A DNA stretch of 64,000 nt, taken from the NCBI GenBank assembly GCA_047920955.1, contig JBLRXA010000001.1, forward strand, positions 1,200 through 65,199, in the 5' to 3' direction. A model generated the notes under the pieces. It saw only the letters and a program-made list of their open reading frames with translations. It did not search any database and had not been told where the DNA came from. The translations under genes were made by a program, and so were the position numbers. Below are positions 48,768 to 58,607 of the stretch, one piece after another. Within the stretch, counting starts at the first letter, position 1; each line of letters starts with the position of its first letter. The stretch is from Methylobacter sp. (GTDB lineage Bacteria > Pseudomonadota > Gammaproteobacteria > Methylococcales > Methylomonadaceae).

Positions 48768-50420
48768 TTAGCTGACGCTCAACATGGTATGGCCGAAATC
48801 AATGACGCCGTTAATCAGCTGGAAAACGCCTTTACCCCGGTCTTCCTCATTTTTCCAGACAGCATGGCCGATATGAATTTCGGTGCCGCAATAAACGGCG
48901 TTTTCGACAATCACCTGAACTTGGTCGACAACAGGCATTTCCGATAAAATCTGGATGCGCTTCTCATTAAGCTTGGCGTAATCGGCTTCAAGTTTTTCCC
49001 GGGTATGAAGGAGTTTTTTTAATAAACCGTTTTTGTTTTTTTCGGGGTTCGACATTACAAACATGCCAATTTTTTTAATGTCTTCCTGCTCCTTTTCATT
49101 CTCCTCAAGCTCAACTTTCAGCCTGTCCACTTGCCTTTGCAGATAAGGGTTAAGGCCGACTTTCACCTTGGTGAGCGACCCCGAAGTTGAGCCAATCATA
49201 CCCGCTTTCACTAACATTGAGGCGCAGGTTATGCCGCCGATAATATGGCTTTTTTTGCCGCCCGATTTGCCGACCAATATCCGGTTAAGCGCGGTCAAGT
49301 GATTATGCATGGAAAATTCTTCAATAATAATATCGGTACCCGCTTCCAGCAGGGCATTTTCGACAAAGCGCGCACTGATTGAGCCTTTGCTGATAATTTT
49401 CGCACCGAAGGTGGGTGCCTCATCGGTATCGCCTTTGCGCTCGCTACGGCCAAGCACCCCGCCTTTAATGACAATGTTCCCGCCCGCCTCAATCTCAGCC
49501 GCCTCTACAGTCCCGCCGACAAATACGTCCCCTGTCGCATAAATCTTCATGCCTTCCCGGACATCGCCTTTGATGTTGATAGTGCCTTCGAAATTCATAT
49601 TACCCGTGGACAAGTCCACCAGCGGCAGGTTGATGGTGGGCTCGACAATGGCGCCGTGTATCACTAACTTAGGTTGTCCGGTGATTGCCGCCAACAGCAG
49701 GTTATTATCATTCGGATCGATTTCCGCACCCTGCAAGCCCGCTGTAAATGGAAGGTCTTTTCCGGGCTGCGGCGCCAGTATTTGCCCGGTAACATCCTGG
49801 CCTCTCGTGCCTTCGGTAGCTGGGATGCGGCGCATTAGCGGTTCGCCTTGCCTGACTATATTGAGCTGGCCGAGATCGCGGTAATTGGCAAATCCCTTCT
49901 CGTCTATATGCGGCTTGCGTTCGCCCATTTCCGGTATCAGGCTTTGAAACTGCGTGTCAGTGCCCGGCACGGCACTCAGGCCATGGGCAATGATGCGTTC
50001 GGTGGCGTAGCCGTCCTTTAAGGCACTTTCGATTTCATGGTCCATAATGCCGTAAACCACACCCCTTTCCTGTAGGGCATGGAGAATTTGAACCAGCGAG
50101 ACCGGTGTGCCGCCGTAGGGTGGGGTTAAGGTCAGTTTGGCTGTCATTTTGGTGCTGTCGATGGTGATGGTATAAATGCCATTTCGGCGTTCGCCGATTT
50201 CCAGCACACAACTTTCATTGAGCTTGTATTTTTGCAGTAAATCGATGATGGCGCTTTCGTTCAGGAACAAATTGGGCAGGTTTTGCTCTTCCAGTATTTG
50301 TTTGATTGCTGCCGAATCTAGCGAGGGCCTGGATTCACAGGCTTCAAACATGGCCAGCAGCTTGTTACCGTCATCACTTAGCTTAAATGTCAGCGCATCT
50401 GTGGAAGGGGTGTCATTCAT
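48768..50420 (-). CDS. FapA / DUF342 family protein
   Basis: PPYGG, VDLSTGNMNFEG, beta-helix repeats and C-terminal coiled coil. Confidence 0.88.
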   Translation of the reverse strand: MNDTPSTDALTFKLSDDGNKLLAMFEACESRPSLDSAAIKQILEEQNLPNLFLNESAIIDLLQKYKLNESCVLEIGERRNGIYTITIDSTKMTAKLTLTPPYGGTPVSLVQILHALQERGVVYGIMDHEIESALKDGYATERIIAHGLSAVPGTDTQFQSLIPEMGERKPHIDEKGFANYRDLGQLNIVRQGEPLMRRIPATEGTRGQDVTGQILAPQPGKDLPFTAGLQGAEIDPNDNNLLLAAITGQPKLVIHGAIVEPTINLPLVDLSTGNMNFEGTINIKGDVREGMKIYATGDVFVGGTVEAAEIEAGGNIVIKGGVLGRSERKGDTDEAPTFGAKIISKGSISARFVENALLEAGTDIIIEEFSMHNHLTALNRILVGKSGGKKSHIIGGITCASMLVKAGMIGSTSGSLTKVKVGLNPYLQRQVDRLKVELEENEKEQEDIKKIGMFVMSNPEKNKNGLLKKLLHTREKLEADYAKLNEKRIQILSEMPVVDQVQVIVENAVYCGTEIHIGHAVWKNEEDRGKGVFQLINGVIDFGHTMLSVS

Positions 50421-50612
50421 GGATTATTCCTTAAAAAGTATTACGGCCTGTCAGCAATAGAAACGGTTGAAAATCAGCCCTGTTTATTGATCTGAACGCC
50501 ATCAATTTTAAGTGTGGTTAAAAATAGGCGGTCTGGCTTGAAAGAGTAGCATAATTGGCGGTTTTGTCACCGTTATCGGCAGCGGCATCGTGGCAAAATG
50601 CGGGGTTTTTGG

Positions 50613-51005
50613 CTATTTCATGATTAATTCGACGACTTTAACGAATGCCGGATTGAACAGCGTTAAGCCAAAGACAGCAATGCCGATCAATACCTTTAGC
50701 AGCAAGGTGACTTGTTTAATCTCGCCGCGCAGGACATTGATTTCTGCACGCACATCGCTGATTTCTGCGCGCACCCCGTTAATTTCCGCACGCACGAATT
50801 CTTTGGTTGCCAATTCCGTACGCAATTCGTTATACAGCCCGGCTTTAAGTGCCTCTTTTTTGTGGTTGATATGCCCATCGACCTGGTCTTCAATCGCCTG
50901 AATTGAGCCTTCTATTGCTTTGGCAAAAACCTCGGCCTTTTCCCTGTCCTGATTAAATGCTGTTTCCAGTAATAAAAACAGGTCGCGTGGTATTGAATAA
51001 GCCAT
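50613..51005 (-). CDS. Coiled-coil protein with C-terminal TM anchor (CCDC90/DUF1640-like)
   Basis: ELATKEFVRAEI neck, VRAEIxx heptad repeats, terminal TM. Confidence 0.8.
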   Translation of the reverse strand: MAYSIPRDLFLLLETAFNQDREKAEVFAKAIEGSIQAIEDQVDGHINHKKEALKAGLYNELRTELATKEFVRAEINGVRAEISDVRAEINVLRGEIKQVTLLLKVLIGIAVFGLTLFNPAFVKVVELIMK

Positions 51006-51181
51006 TGACTAGCTCCCTATTGAGTGTGCGGTTGAGCCGGATTATAGCATTGTTAAAATGTTGGTGATGCGGCTATAGCTGCAGAAAAATGCCCCGGCAA
51101 CATAACCCTGCATAACAAACACTGCAAAATCTTGCTTGTCATAGTAGAATGCCGCCAGTCTCAAATATCAGTCATACCATC

Positions 51182-51775
51182 ATGGATCAACGTACTGCGG
51201 AAGTAGAGCGCAACACGCTCGAAACTCAAATTAACATCAAAATTAACCTGGACGGATCGGGTCAATCCTCGTTTTCAACCGGTATCCCTTTTCTTGAACA
51301 CATGCTCGATCAGATTGCCCGGCACGGCCTGATTGATATGGCTATTGATGCTAAAGGCGATTTGGCGATTGATGACCATCACACGGTCGAAGATGTCGGC
51401 ATTACCTTGGGTCAGGCATTTGCCAAAGCCCTGCACGACAAAAAAGGCATCGTCCGCTACGGACATGCTTATGTGCCGTTGGATGAAGCCTTATCCCGCG
51501 TGGTGATTGATTTTTCCGGCCGCCCCGGCCTGTTTTATCAGGTCAACTACCCCAAAGCCATGATCGGCAGCTTTGACGTCGATCTGTTCCGCGAGTTTTT
51601 CCAGGGCTTTGCCAATCATGCCGGGGTGACCTTGCATATCGACAATTTAAAAGGCAGTAATGCCCATCATGTCGCCGAAACCATTTTTAAAGCCACCGGC
51701 CGCGCCATCCGCATGGCCATTAGCGCCGATCCGCGTATGGCGGGCATCATGCCGTCAACCAAAGGCAGCCTTTAA
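51182..51775 (+). CDS. hisB: Imidazoleglycerol-phosphate dehydratase
   Basis: [29 protein letters not shown]. Confidence 0.97.
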   Translation: MDQRTAEVERNTLETQINIKINLDGSGQSSFSTGIPFLEHMLDQIARHGLIDMAIDAKGDLAIDDHHTVEDVGITLGQAFAKALHDKKGIVRYGHAYVPLDEALSRVVIDFSGRPGLFYQVNYPKAMIGSFDVDLFREFFQGFANHAGVTLHIDNLKGSNAHHVAETIFKATGRAIRMAISADPRMAGIMPSTKGSL

Positions 51776-51794
51776 CTTTTAGCCTGTATTTCTT

Positions 51795-52439
51795 ATGTCT
51801 ACTGTCGCTGTAATCGATTACGGAATGGGTAATCTGCACTCTATCGTTAAGGCGCTGCAACATGCCGCGCCTGACGTTAATGTTATTTGCGTCTCCGATG
51901 CCGAGGCAATTCTCCAAGCCGACCGCGTGGTTTTTCCCGGTGTCGGCGCGATACGGGATTGTATGCAGGCGCTCAACCAATCCGGCCTAGGCGATGTGAT
52001 CCGGCAGGTGGCAACAAGCAAACCGTTATTGGGCATTTGTTTGGGGATGCAGGCTTTATTGACCGACAGCGCCGAAAATAACGGCACAGCTGGTCTAGGG
52101 ATTATTGACGGCCACGTTGTGCATTTTGCCGATGCCTTGGCTGATATGGATGGCAACGCGCTCAAAATTCCGCACATGGGCTGGAATCAAGTCCATCAAT
52201 TGCACCCGCATCCTCTTTGGGAAAATATCCCGCAGGACAGCCGTTTTTATTTCGTCCACAGTTATTATGCGCAGCCCAATGATGCCGCAGTTATGGCAGC
52301 AACTACGCAATACCCCAATGCATTTGCCTGCGCCTTGGCGCAAGCTAATGTTTTTGCCGTACAGTTTCACCCCGAAAAAAGCCAGGCAGTCGGATTACAG
52401 CTGCTGAAGAATTTTTTGCATTGGGATGGACACGTTTAG
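51795..52439 (+). CDS. hisH: IGP synthase glutaminase subunit
   Basis: DYGMGNL, GICLGMQ, QFHPEKS. Confidence 0.98.
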   Translation: MSTVAVIDYGMGNLHSIVKALQHAAPDVNVICVSDAEAILQADRVVFPGVGAIRDCMQALNQSGLGDVIRQVATSKPLLGICLGMQALLTDSAENNGTAGLGIIDGHVVHFADALADMDGNALKIPHMGWNQVHQLHPHPLWENIPQDSRFYFVHSYYAQPNDAAVMAATTQYPNAFACALAQANVFAVQFHPEKSQAVGLQLLKNFLHWDGHV

Positions 52440-52482
52440 TTACTATCGACTGATTACACGCCGTTAAGGATTTTATAATTTT

Positions 52483-53217
52483 ATGTTACTGATACCTGCA
52501 ATCGATTTAAAAGAGGGAAAATGTGTCCGTTTACGTCAGGGACGCATGGATGATAATACGATTTTTTCCGATGATCCTGTCGCCGTAGCCGGCAGGTGGG
52601 TGGCCGCCGGTGCGAGAAGGATACATTTGGTTGACCTTGATGGTGCCTTTGTCGGCAATCCCAGAAATGCCGATGTGATCCATGCCATCGTTGAAGCTTA
52701 TCCCGATGTGCCGGTGCAAATAGGCGGCGGTATTCGCGATGAGGACACCATTCAGGCTTATCTTAACGCCGGTGTCGAATACGTTATTATCGGCACCAAA
52801 GCCGTTAACGAACCGCATTTTGTCCGCGACATGGCGCTGGAATATCCGCGCCGCATCATCGTCGGCTTAGATGCCAAAGACGGCAAAGTGGCGATTGACG
52901 GTTGGTCTAAATTGTCCAAACATGACGTCATCGACATGGCGCAACATTTTGAAGAGGACGGCGTCGAGGCCATCATTTACACCGACATTTCCCGCGACGG
53001 CATGATGCAGGGCGTTAATGTCGAAGCCACCGCGAAATTGGCGCGCGCCATCCGCATTCCGGTGATTGCTTCCGGCGGCATCACCAACATGGACGACATC
53101 AGAGCCTTAGGTGCAGTCGCCCATGAAGGCATCATGGGCGCGATTACCGGTCGGGCGATTTATGAAGGCACGCTGGATTTTGCCGACGCCGAAAAACTGG
53201 CCGAATCATTCGAATAA
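52483..53217 (+). CDS. hisA: ProFAR isomerase
   Basis: [29 protein letters not shown]. Confidence 0.98.
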   Translation: MLLIPAIDLKEGKCVRLRQGRMDDNTIFSDDPVAVAGRWVAAGARRIHLVDLDGAFVGNPRNADVIHAIVEAYPDVPVQIGGGIRDEDTIQAYLNAGVEYVIIGTKAVNEPHFVRDMALEYPRRIIVGLDAKDGKVAIDGWSKLSKHDVIDMAQHFEEDGVEAIIYTDISRDGMMQGVNVEATAKLARAIRIPVIASGGITNMDDIRALGAVAHEGIMGAITGRAIYEGTLDFADAEKLAESFE

Positions 53218-53219
53218 CC

Positions 53220-53993
53220 ATGAGCTTAGCCAAACGTATCATTCCCTGCCTTGATGTCGACAATGGCCGCGTCGTTAAAGGCGTCAAATTTGTCGATATT
53301 CGCGATGCCGGCGATCCGGTCGAAGTCGCCCGGCGTTACGACCGCGAAGGCGCTGATGAAATCACTTTTCTGGATATTACCGCCACCCATGACGACCGCG
53401 ACACTATCGTCCATGTGGTCGAACAGGTCGCCAGCGAAGTGTTTATCCCGCTGACCGTAGGCGGCGGCATCAGAACCTTGGACGACATTCGCCGCATGTT
53501 AAATGCCGGTGCCGATAAAGTCGGCATTAACAGCGCCGCAGTATTTAACCCGGATTTTGTCCGCGAAGCGGCAGAACGCTTCGGTTCCCAATGTATCGTG
53601 GTTGCCATCGACGCGAAAAAAGTTAGCCAAATGGGCGAACCTAACCGCTGGGAGATTTTCACCCACGGCGGCCGTAAACCAACCGGTATTGATGCGATTG
53701 AATGGGCCAGAAAAATGGTCGATTACGGTGCCGGGGAAATTTTGCTGACCAGCATGGACAGGGACGGCACCCGAGAAGGTTTCGATTTGCCGTTAACCCG
53801 CGCCATCAGCGAGGCGGTCACGGTGCCGGTGATTGCCTCCGGCGGCGTCGGCAATCTCGATCATCTGGCCGATGGCGTCATTGAAGGCAAAGCCGATGCG
53901 GTGCTGGCCGCGAGCATTTTTCATTTTGCCGAATACAGCATTGAACAGGCCAAGCAACACATGGCCTCACGCGGCATCGAGGTGCGTCTGTGA
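53220..53993 (+). CDS. hisF: IGP synthase cyclase subunit
   Basis: [23 protein letters not shown]. Confidence 0.98.
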   Translation: MSLAKRIIPCLDVDNGRVVKGVKFVDIRDAGDPVEVARRYDREGADEITFLDITATHDDRDTIVHVVEQVASEVFIPLTVGGGIRTLDDIRRMLNAGADKVGINSAAVFNPDFVREAAERFGSQCIVVAIDAKKVSQMGEPNRWEIFTHGGRKPTGIDAIEWARKMVDYGAGEILLTSMDRDGTREGFDLPLTRAISEAVTVPVIASGGVGNLDHLADGVIEGKADAVLAASIFHFAEYSIEQAKQHMASRGIEVRL

Positions 53994-54382
53994 GCCTGTC
54001 CTGGCTGGACGACATCCGCTGGACGGATGACGGTCTGGTGCCGGTGATCGCGCAACAGGCGGCCAGCGGAAAAGTGTTGATGTTCGCCTGGATGAACCGC
54101 GAATCGTTAGCGTTAACGGTCTCTGAAGGTTATGCCGTTTACTGGTCGCGGTCGCGCGGCAAATTATGGCGCAAAGGCGAAGAATCGGGACATAAACAGA
54201 AAGTCATCGACTTGCTGCTCGATTGCGACGAAGATGTCATTTTGCTTAAAATCGAACAAGAAGGCGGCATAGCCTGTCATACCGGCCGGGAAAGTTGTTT
54301 CTACCGCAGCTTGAGTGACGGGCAATGGCAAGCCATCGAACCGGCTTTAAAAGATCCCGAAACTATTTATAAAAAATCATGA
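53990..54382 (+). CDS. hisI: Phosphoribosyl-AMP cyclohydrolase
   Basis: [27 protein letters not shown]. Confidence 0.97.
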   Translation: MSLSWLDDIRWTDDGLVPVIAQQAASGKVLMFAWMNRESLALTVSEGYAVYWSRSRGKLWRKGEESGHKQKVIDLLLDCDEDVILLKIEQEGGIACHTGRESCFYRSLSDGQWQAIEPALKDPETIYKKS

Positions 54383-54696
54383 GCGACGTATTAAATCAGC
54401 TGGCGGACATCCTGGAACAGCGTAAATTGGAGTCGGCCGATAAATCTTATGTCGCCAGCTTGTATGCCAAAGGCCTGGACAGCATACTGAAAAAAATCGG
54501 CGAAGAAGCCACCGAAACCGTCATCGCTGCTAAAGGCGGCGACAAACAACAGATTATTTATGAAACCGCTGATTTGTGGTTTCATTGTATGGTGTTGCTG
54601 GCCGATCAGGGACTGGGCCCCGATGACGTATTGCAGGAACTGCAACGCCGTTTCGGTTTATCCGGCCTGGAAGAAAAGGCACAACGAAACAAATAA
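54379..54696 (+). CDS. hisE: Phosphoribosyl-ATP diphosphatase
   Basis: [17 protein letters not shown]. Confidence 0.97.
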   Translation: MSDVLNQLADILEQRKLESADKSYVASLYAKGLDSILKKIGEEATETVIAAKGGDKQQIIYETADLWFHCMVLLADQGLGPDDVLQELQRRFGLSGLEEKAQRNK

Positions 54697-54723
54697 ACGT
54701 AAGACCATCATTGGAGATAGAAA

Positions 54724-54933
54724 ATGGGCCCCAGCATTACTCAATTATTAGTCGTATTAGCTATCGTCATCATTATTTTCGGCACCAAGCGCCTGCGCAA
54801 TATAGGCAATGACCTAGGCGGCGCCATCAAAGGTTTTCGCACGGCGATGAAAGACGGCGAAGAAAAGCCGATCGATGAGAAAACCGATGTCATTGACAGC
54901 GAAATTACCACCGAAAAAAAGCATAAAGATTAA
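54724..54933 (+). CDS. tatA: Tat translocase subunit A
   Basis: [21 protein letters not shown]. Confidence 0.96.
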   Translation: MGPSITQLLVVLAIVIIIFGTKRLRNIGNDLGGAIKGFRTAMKDGEEKPIDEKTDVIDSEITTEKKHKD

Positions 54934-54938
54934 CCCCC

Positions 54939-55241
54939 ATGTTTGATGTCGGATTCTCGGAACTGTGCCTGATAGCCTTGGTCAGCTTGCTGGTGATAGG
55001 CCCGGAAAGATTGCCCAAAGTCGCTAGGCTTGCTGGCTTTTGGCTGGGTAAAACGCGCAGCATGGTGGCTTCGGTCAAAGAAGAAATCAAATTGGAGCTG
55101 CAAGCGGAAGAACTGCGCCAGCTGTTTAAAGAGGAAGCAGGACTGGAAGACGTCCGCCAGATGCTTGATGAAACGGCCGATACCGTCAAATCCTCGTTAG
55201 CGTCACCCGCTGAAGATACCAAGCCCCATGAGCCAAAATAG
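54939..55241 (+). CDS. tatB: Tat translocase subunit B
   Basis: [15 protein letters not shown]. Confidence 0.96.
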   Translation: MFDVGFSELCLIALVSLLVIGPERLPKVARLAGFWLGKTRSMVASVKEEIKLELQAEELRQLFKEEAGLEDVRQMLDETADTVKSSLASPAEDTKPHEPK

Positions 55242-56028
55242 TTCCCATTCAGGCGGCGAGCAGCCGTTCATCAGCCATTTGATTGAATTGCGCAACCGCC
55301 TGTTGCGTATGGTCTTATGCGTATTAATCGTATTTGCGGCACTGGCGGCCTATGCCAATGAAATCTACAGCTTGTTGGCCGGCCCCTTGCTGAAACACAT
55401 GCCTGAAAATAGCACGATGATTGCTATTGACGTGGCCTCGCCGTTTTTGACGCCGTTCAAACTGGTGCTGGTGCTGTCGGCGTTCATTTCAGTGCCGTTT
55501 ATCCTTTACCAATTCTGGGCCTTTGTCGCGCCCGGCTTGTATAAGCGCGAGCGGCGCATGATTTTGCCCTTGCTGGTTGCCAGCACACTGCTGTTTTACC
55601 TGGGTGTGGCGTTTGCCTACTTCGTGGTTTTCCCATTAGTGTTCGGCTTCCTGACCGCCGCCGCCCCGCAAGGTGTCGCGGTCATGACCGACATCAGCAA
55701 ATATCTCGATTTTGTCCTGACGCTGTTTTTTGCTTTTGGCGTTTGTTTTGAAATCCCGATCTTCACTATCGTTTTGGTTTGGACAGGGCTGGTAACGCCC
55801 GCCGATCTTGCCGAAAAACGCCCTTATGTCATCGTCGGCGCGTTCATCGTCGGCGCTTTTTTGACCCCGCCCGATGCCATTTCGCAAACATTATTGGCTG
55901 TGCCCATGTGGATATTGTTTGAGCTGGGGCTGTTATTTTCTCGGCTTTTCGTGCCTAAGCCCGATGCTGATGCCGACCTTGACACACCGCTGGATAAGAT
56001 TGGGCATCAGGAAGACCCCGGCCATTAG
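55228..56028 (+). CDS. tatC: Tat translocase subunit C
   Basis: [24 protein letters not shown]. Confidence 0.98.
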   Translation: MSQNSSHSGGEQPFISHLIELRNRLLRMVLCVLIVFAALAAYANEIYSLLAGPLLKHMPENSTMIAIDVASPFLTPFKLVLVLSAFISVPFILYQFWAFVAPGLYKRERRMILPLLVASTLLFYLGVAFAYFVVFPLVFGFLTAAAPQGVAVMTDISKYLDFVLTLFFAFGVCFEIPIFTIVLVWTGLVTPADLAEKRPYVIVGAFIVGAFLTPPDAISQTLLAVPMWILFELGLLFSRLFVPKPDADADLDTPLDKIGHQEDPGH

Positions 56029-56129
56029 GCTGCCCCCAAAAAAGCAGTAAAAATAAAGTAATCGCCCGGCGACTGCTAAAAATCTTGCGCAATTTGGCTA
56101 TATTTATCTCGGATATAGCCTAACTTGCA

Positions 56130-56238
56130 AACACTGGCCACTGACGGCCCTTTTCCGTGCGGTTTGCGCGCTGAGGTCATGGCTTAGGTTACGGCACACC
56201 ATGATGAATTGATTAAGGAAAGGAACACATGGCATTAA
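56130..56238 (+). pseudogene. C-terminal remnant of a DUF4160-like partner gene
   Basis: ...LATDGPFPCGLRAEVMA*VTAHHDELIKERNTWH* overlapping the DUF2442 start; internal TAG and no N-terminus. Confidence 0.5.
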
Positions 56239-56675
56239 TGAAGCGCCCCCGACTGTCGGCAATCGAACCTTTGCTGGGCTACCAGCTGAAAATGACTTTC
56301 ATCAACGGGACTGTGCTCACTGTCGATAAAGGGGAAACCATTTTTGCCCAACCGGAACTTGCCCCCTTGCGCGATCCGGCCGTTTTTGCTAAAGCCGAAC
56401 TCGCACACAACATGGGTTGGACAGTCGAATGGCCGGATTATGGCATTCAAATCGGCGCCGACACGCTATGGCTGGAAGCGATGTATCAAGCCGCCACCGA
56501 CGAAAACACCCGCACCTTCCTGGCCTGGCGCCTACATAATGGGCTGTCGTTGGCTGAAGCGGCGCAAGCGTTGGGCATGACCACGCGCACCATCAGCGCA
56601 TACGGCACCGGCGCCCGCCCGGTTCCGCACTATATCGCATTGGCCTGCAAAGGCTGGGAAGCAGAGAACCGTTAA
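56229..56675 (+). CDS. DUF2442 + HTH putative antitoxin
   Basis: LRDPAVF, TVEWPD, IGADTLW; HTH LSLAEAAQALGMTTRTISAY. Confidence 0.85.
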   Translation: MALMKRPRLSAIEPLLGYQLKMTFINGTVLTVDKGETIFAQPELAPLRDPAVFAKAELAHNMGWTVEWPDYGIQIGADTLWLEAMYQAATDENTRTFLAWRLHNGLSLAEAAQALGMTTRTISAYGTGARPVPHYIALACKGWEAENR

Positions 56676-57361
56676 CAGCTGTGTTGCCCTACGCTGATTT
56701 GCCCGAAACTGCCCACCTGCCGATGTTCGGCTTGCGGGTCGGGTATGCTGTCCCTGACCAGCCAGATGGTCTCAAAACCGGCGGCTTTGGCCGCATCCAG
56801 CTCTTCTTTAATATCCGACAAAAACAACAGCTGATATGCTGGTAGCGCCAGCCGGGCGGCGATATTGTCGTATGATTGCTGTTCTTTCTTGGCGCCGATA
56901 TGGGTGTCGAAATAACCGGAAAATAACGGCGTCAAATCGCCGTATTCGGTGTGCGCGAACAGCAGTTTTTGCGCGTAAACCGAGCCGGAAGAATAGATGT
57001 ATAAATCCAGTCCTTCAGCTTTCCATTGCTTCAGCTTTTCGGCGGCATCCGCATACAAATGGCCTTTGAAATCACCCTGCCGATAACCGGCCTCCCAGAT
57101 CAGGCCTTGCAGCGACTTTAACGGCGTGGCTTTTTTGTCTTCGTCTATCCACTGGTTCAGCTGGGCAATAATGTCTTCGGTAGACAGTTCCGTGCCGACG
57201 TCCTTACAAACATCGTCGAGCAGCGTTTTAACCTGCGGGTCGTCGGCATGGCGGCGCACATAATCGGCCAGATGGGCGCGGGCATAAGGGAACAGCACGT
57301 CCTTAACAAACAAAATCGACGAGGTGGTGCCTTCAATGTCGGTGATAATGGCTTTAATCAT
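56672..57361 (-). CDS. mtnC: Enolase-phosphatase E1 (acireductone synthase)
   Basis: DIEGTT, LFPYA, IYSSGS, FLSD; start MIKAII at 57361. Confidence 0.96.
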   Translation of the reverse strand: MIKAIITDIEGTTSSILFVKDVLFPYARAHLADYVRRHADDPQVKTLLDDVCKDVGTELSTEDIIAQLNQWIDEDKKATPLKSLQGLIWEAGYRQGDFKGHLYADAAEKLKQWKAEGLDLYIYSSGSVYAQKLLFAHTEYGDLTPLFSGYFDTHIGAKKEQQSYDNIAARLALPAYQLLFLSDIKEELDAAKAAGFETIWLVRDSIPDPQAEHRQVGSFGQISVGQHSC

Positions 57362-57918
57362 GATAACGCAGCCACATATTGGTCGAGGGTCGGGAAGGTT
57401 TGGGCAATGTCGCTGCCGGTAAAGTTGGCGACCCAGCCGTCTGGGGTGGTGAATAAACGGATACATTTTAACTGCGGATTTTCGCCCATATCGAACCAGT
57501 GCGTGGTGTTGGCGGGGACGCTGATCAGATCGCCTTGCTCGCACAGCACGGCGTAGACTTTATCTTCGACATGCAGATAAAACAGGCCGCGCCCTTCGAT
57601 AAAAAAGCGCACTTCAAAATCGGCATGGATGTGTTCGGACAGGAATTTTTGCCGGATCGCGGCCTTGTCGGGATGGTCGGCGCTTAGGCTGATGACGTCA
57701 ACCGACTGGAAACCGTATTGCTGCTGCAGGCGGGCTATGGAGTCGCTGTAAGCGGCCAGCACGGTATTTTGATCGGCATCGGCGGCCAGTTTGCAGCTGG
57801 CGGTCCAGCGTTCGAATTGGACGCCGATGGCGTTTAGGCGGTTTTGGATGGCGTCAAATTCGACCACAGTTTCGCCGTGATTGGCTTGGTGTTCAGGGTA
57901 AATGCTTAATGCGCTCAT
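57358..57918 (-). CDS. mtnD: Acireductone dioxygenase
   Basis: EHIHADFEVRFF, HWFDMG. Confidence 0.96.
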   Translation of the reverse strand: MSALSIYPEHQANHGETVVEFDAIQNRLNAIGVQFERWTASCKLAADADQNTVLAAYSDSIARLQQQYGFQSVDVISLSADHPDKAAIRQKFLSEHIHADFEVRFFIEGRGLFYLHVEDKVYAVLCEQGDLISVPANTTHWFDMGENPQLKCIRLFTTPDGWVANFTGSDIAQTFPTLDQYVAALS

Positions 57919-58535
57919 GATTTTCTAACTCCATACAGGCGTAATTCACAATCAAATAAAAATTCCAGCGCCTCAAGATGACGCAGGCTGTCTTCTACCG
58001 AAGCGCCCCAGGTGTAGAGCCCGTGTCCGGCAATAATATAGGCGTAAATCGCGCCGTGTGTGTCCATGTACTGCTCGACTTGCGCGGCCAAACGCGGGAT
58101 GTTTTGGTCGTTGGCAAAAATCGGTATCACCACCCGGCTTTCGTGGGTGTCAATGCCGGACAGGGCCTTTAACAGCTCATAATCTTCCAGCACGATGTCG
58201 GCTTTAAACAGCCGCGAAACCAAGGTGGCGTTAATGGAATGCGGGTGCAGCACCGACCGGACAGTGGGGAAACGCTGATACAGCGATGTATGCAGCAGCG
58301 TTTCCGCCGACGGTTTCTTGCCGTCCAGCGAGTTGGCATCGCTATCGATCAGCATGATGTCGGCCAGTTCTAAGCGGCCTTTGTGCTTGCCGGAAACGGT
58401 GATGGCGATGTTGCCGTCCGGCAGCCGTGCGGAAAAGTTGCCGCTGGTTGCCGGTACCCAGCCTTTGCTGTCGATAAAACGGCCTGCTTCGATTAACTGC
58501 CCGGCCAGTGTGAAAAAGTCTTGGTTATAGGTCAT
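57915..58535 (-). CDS. mtnB: Methylthioribulose-1-phosphate dehydratase
   Basis: ATSGNFS, PSAETLLH, HPHS, GHGLYTWG. Confidence 0.96.
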   Translation of the reverse strand: MTYNQDFFTLAGQLIEAGRFIDSKGWVPATSGNFSARLPDGNIAITVSGKHKGRLELADIMLIDSDANSLDGKKPSAETLLHTSLYQRFPTVRSVLHPHSINATLVSRLFKADIVLEDYELLKALSGIDTHESRVVIPIFANDQNIPRLAAQVEQYMDTHGAIYAYIIAGHGLYTWGASVEDSLRHLEALEFLFDCELRLYGVRKS

Positions 58536-58607
58536 GTCGGCTGATGATTGGGGAGGGAAATGGTGCGGATTGTAGCGTTTTTTATGCCGCTTGTGGGAGG
58601 GTGCCGC

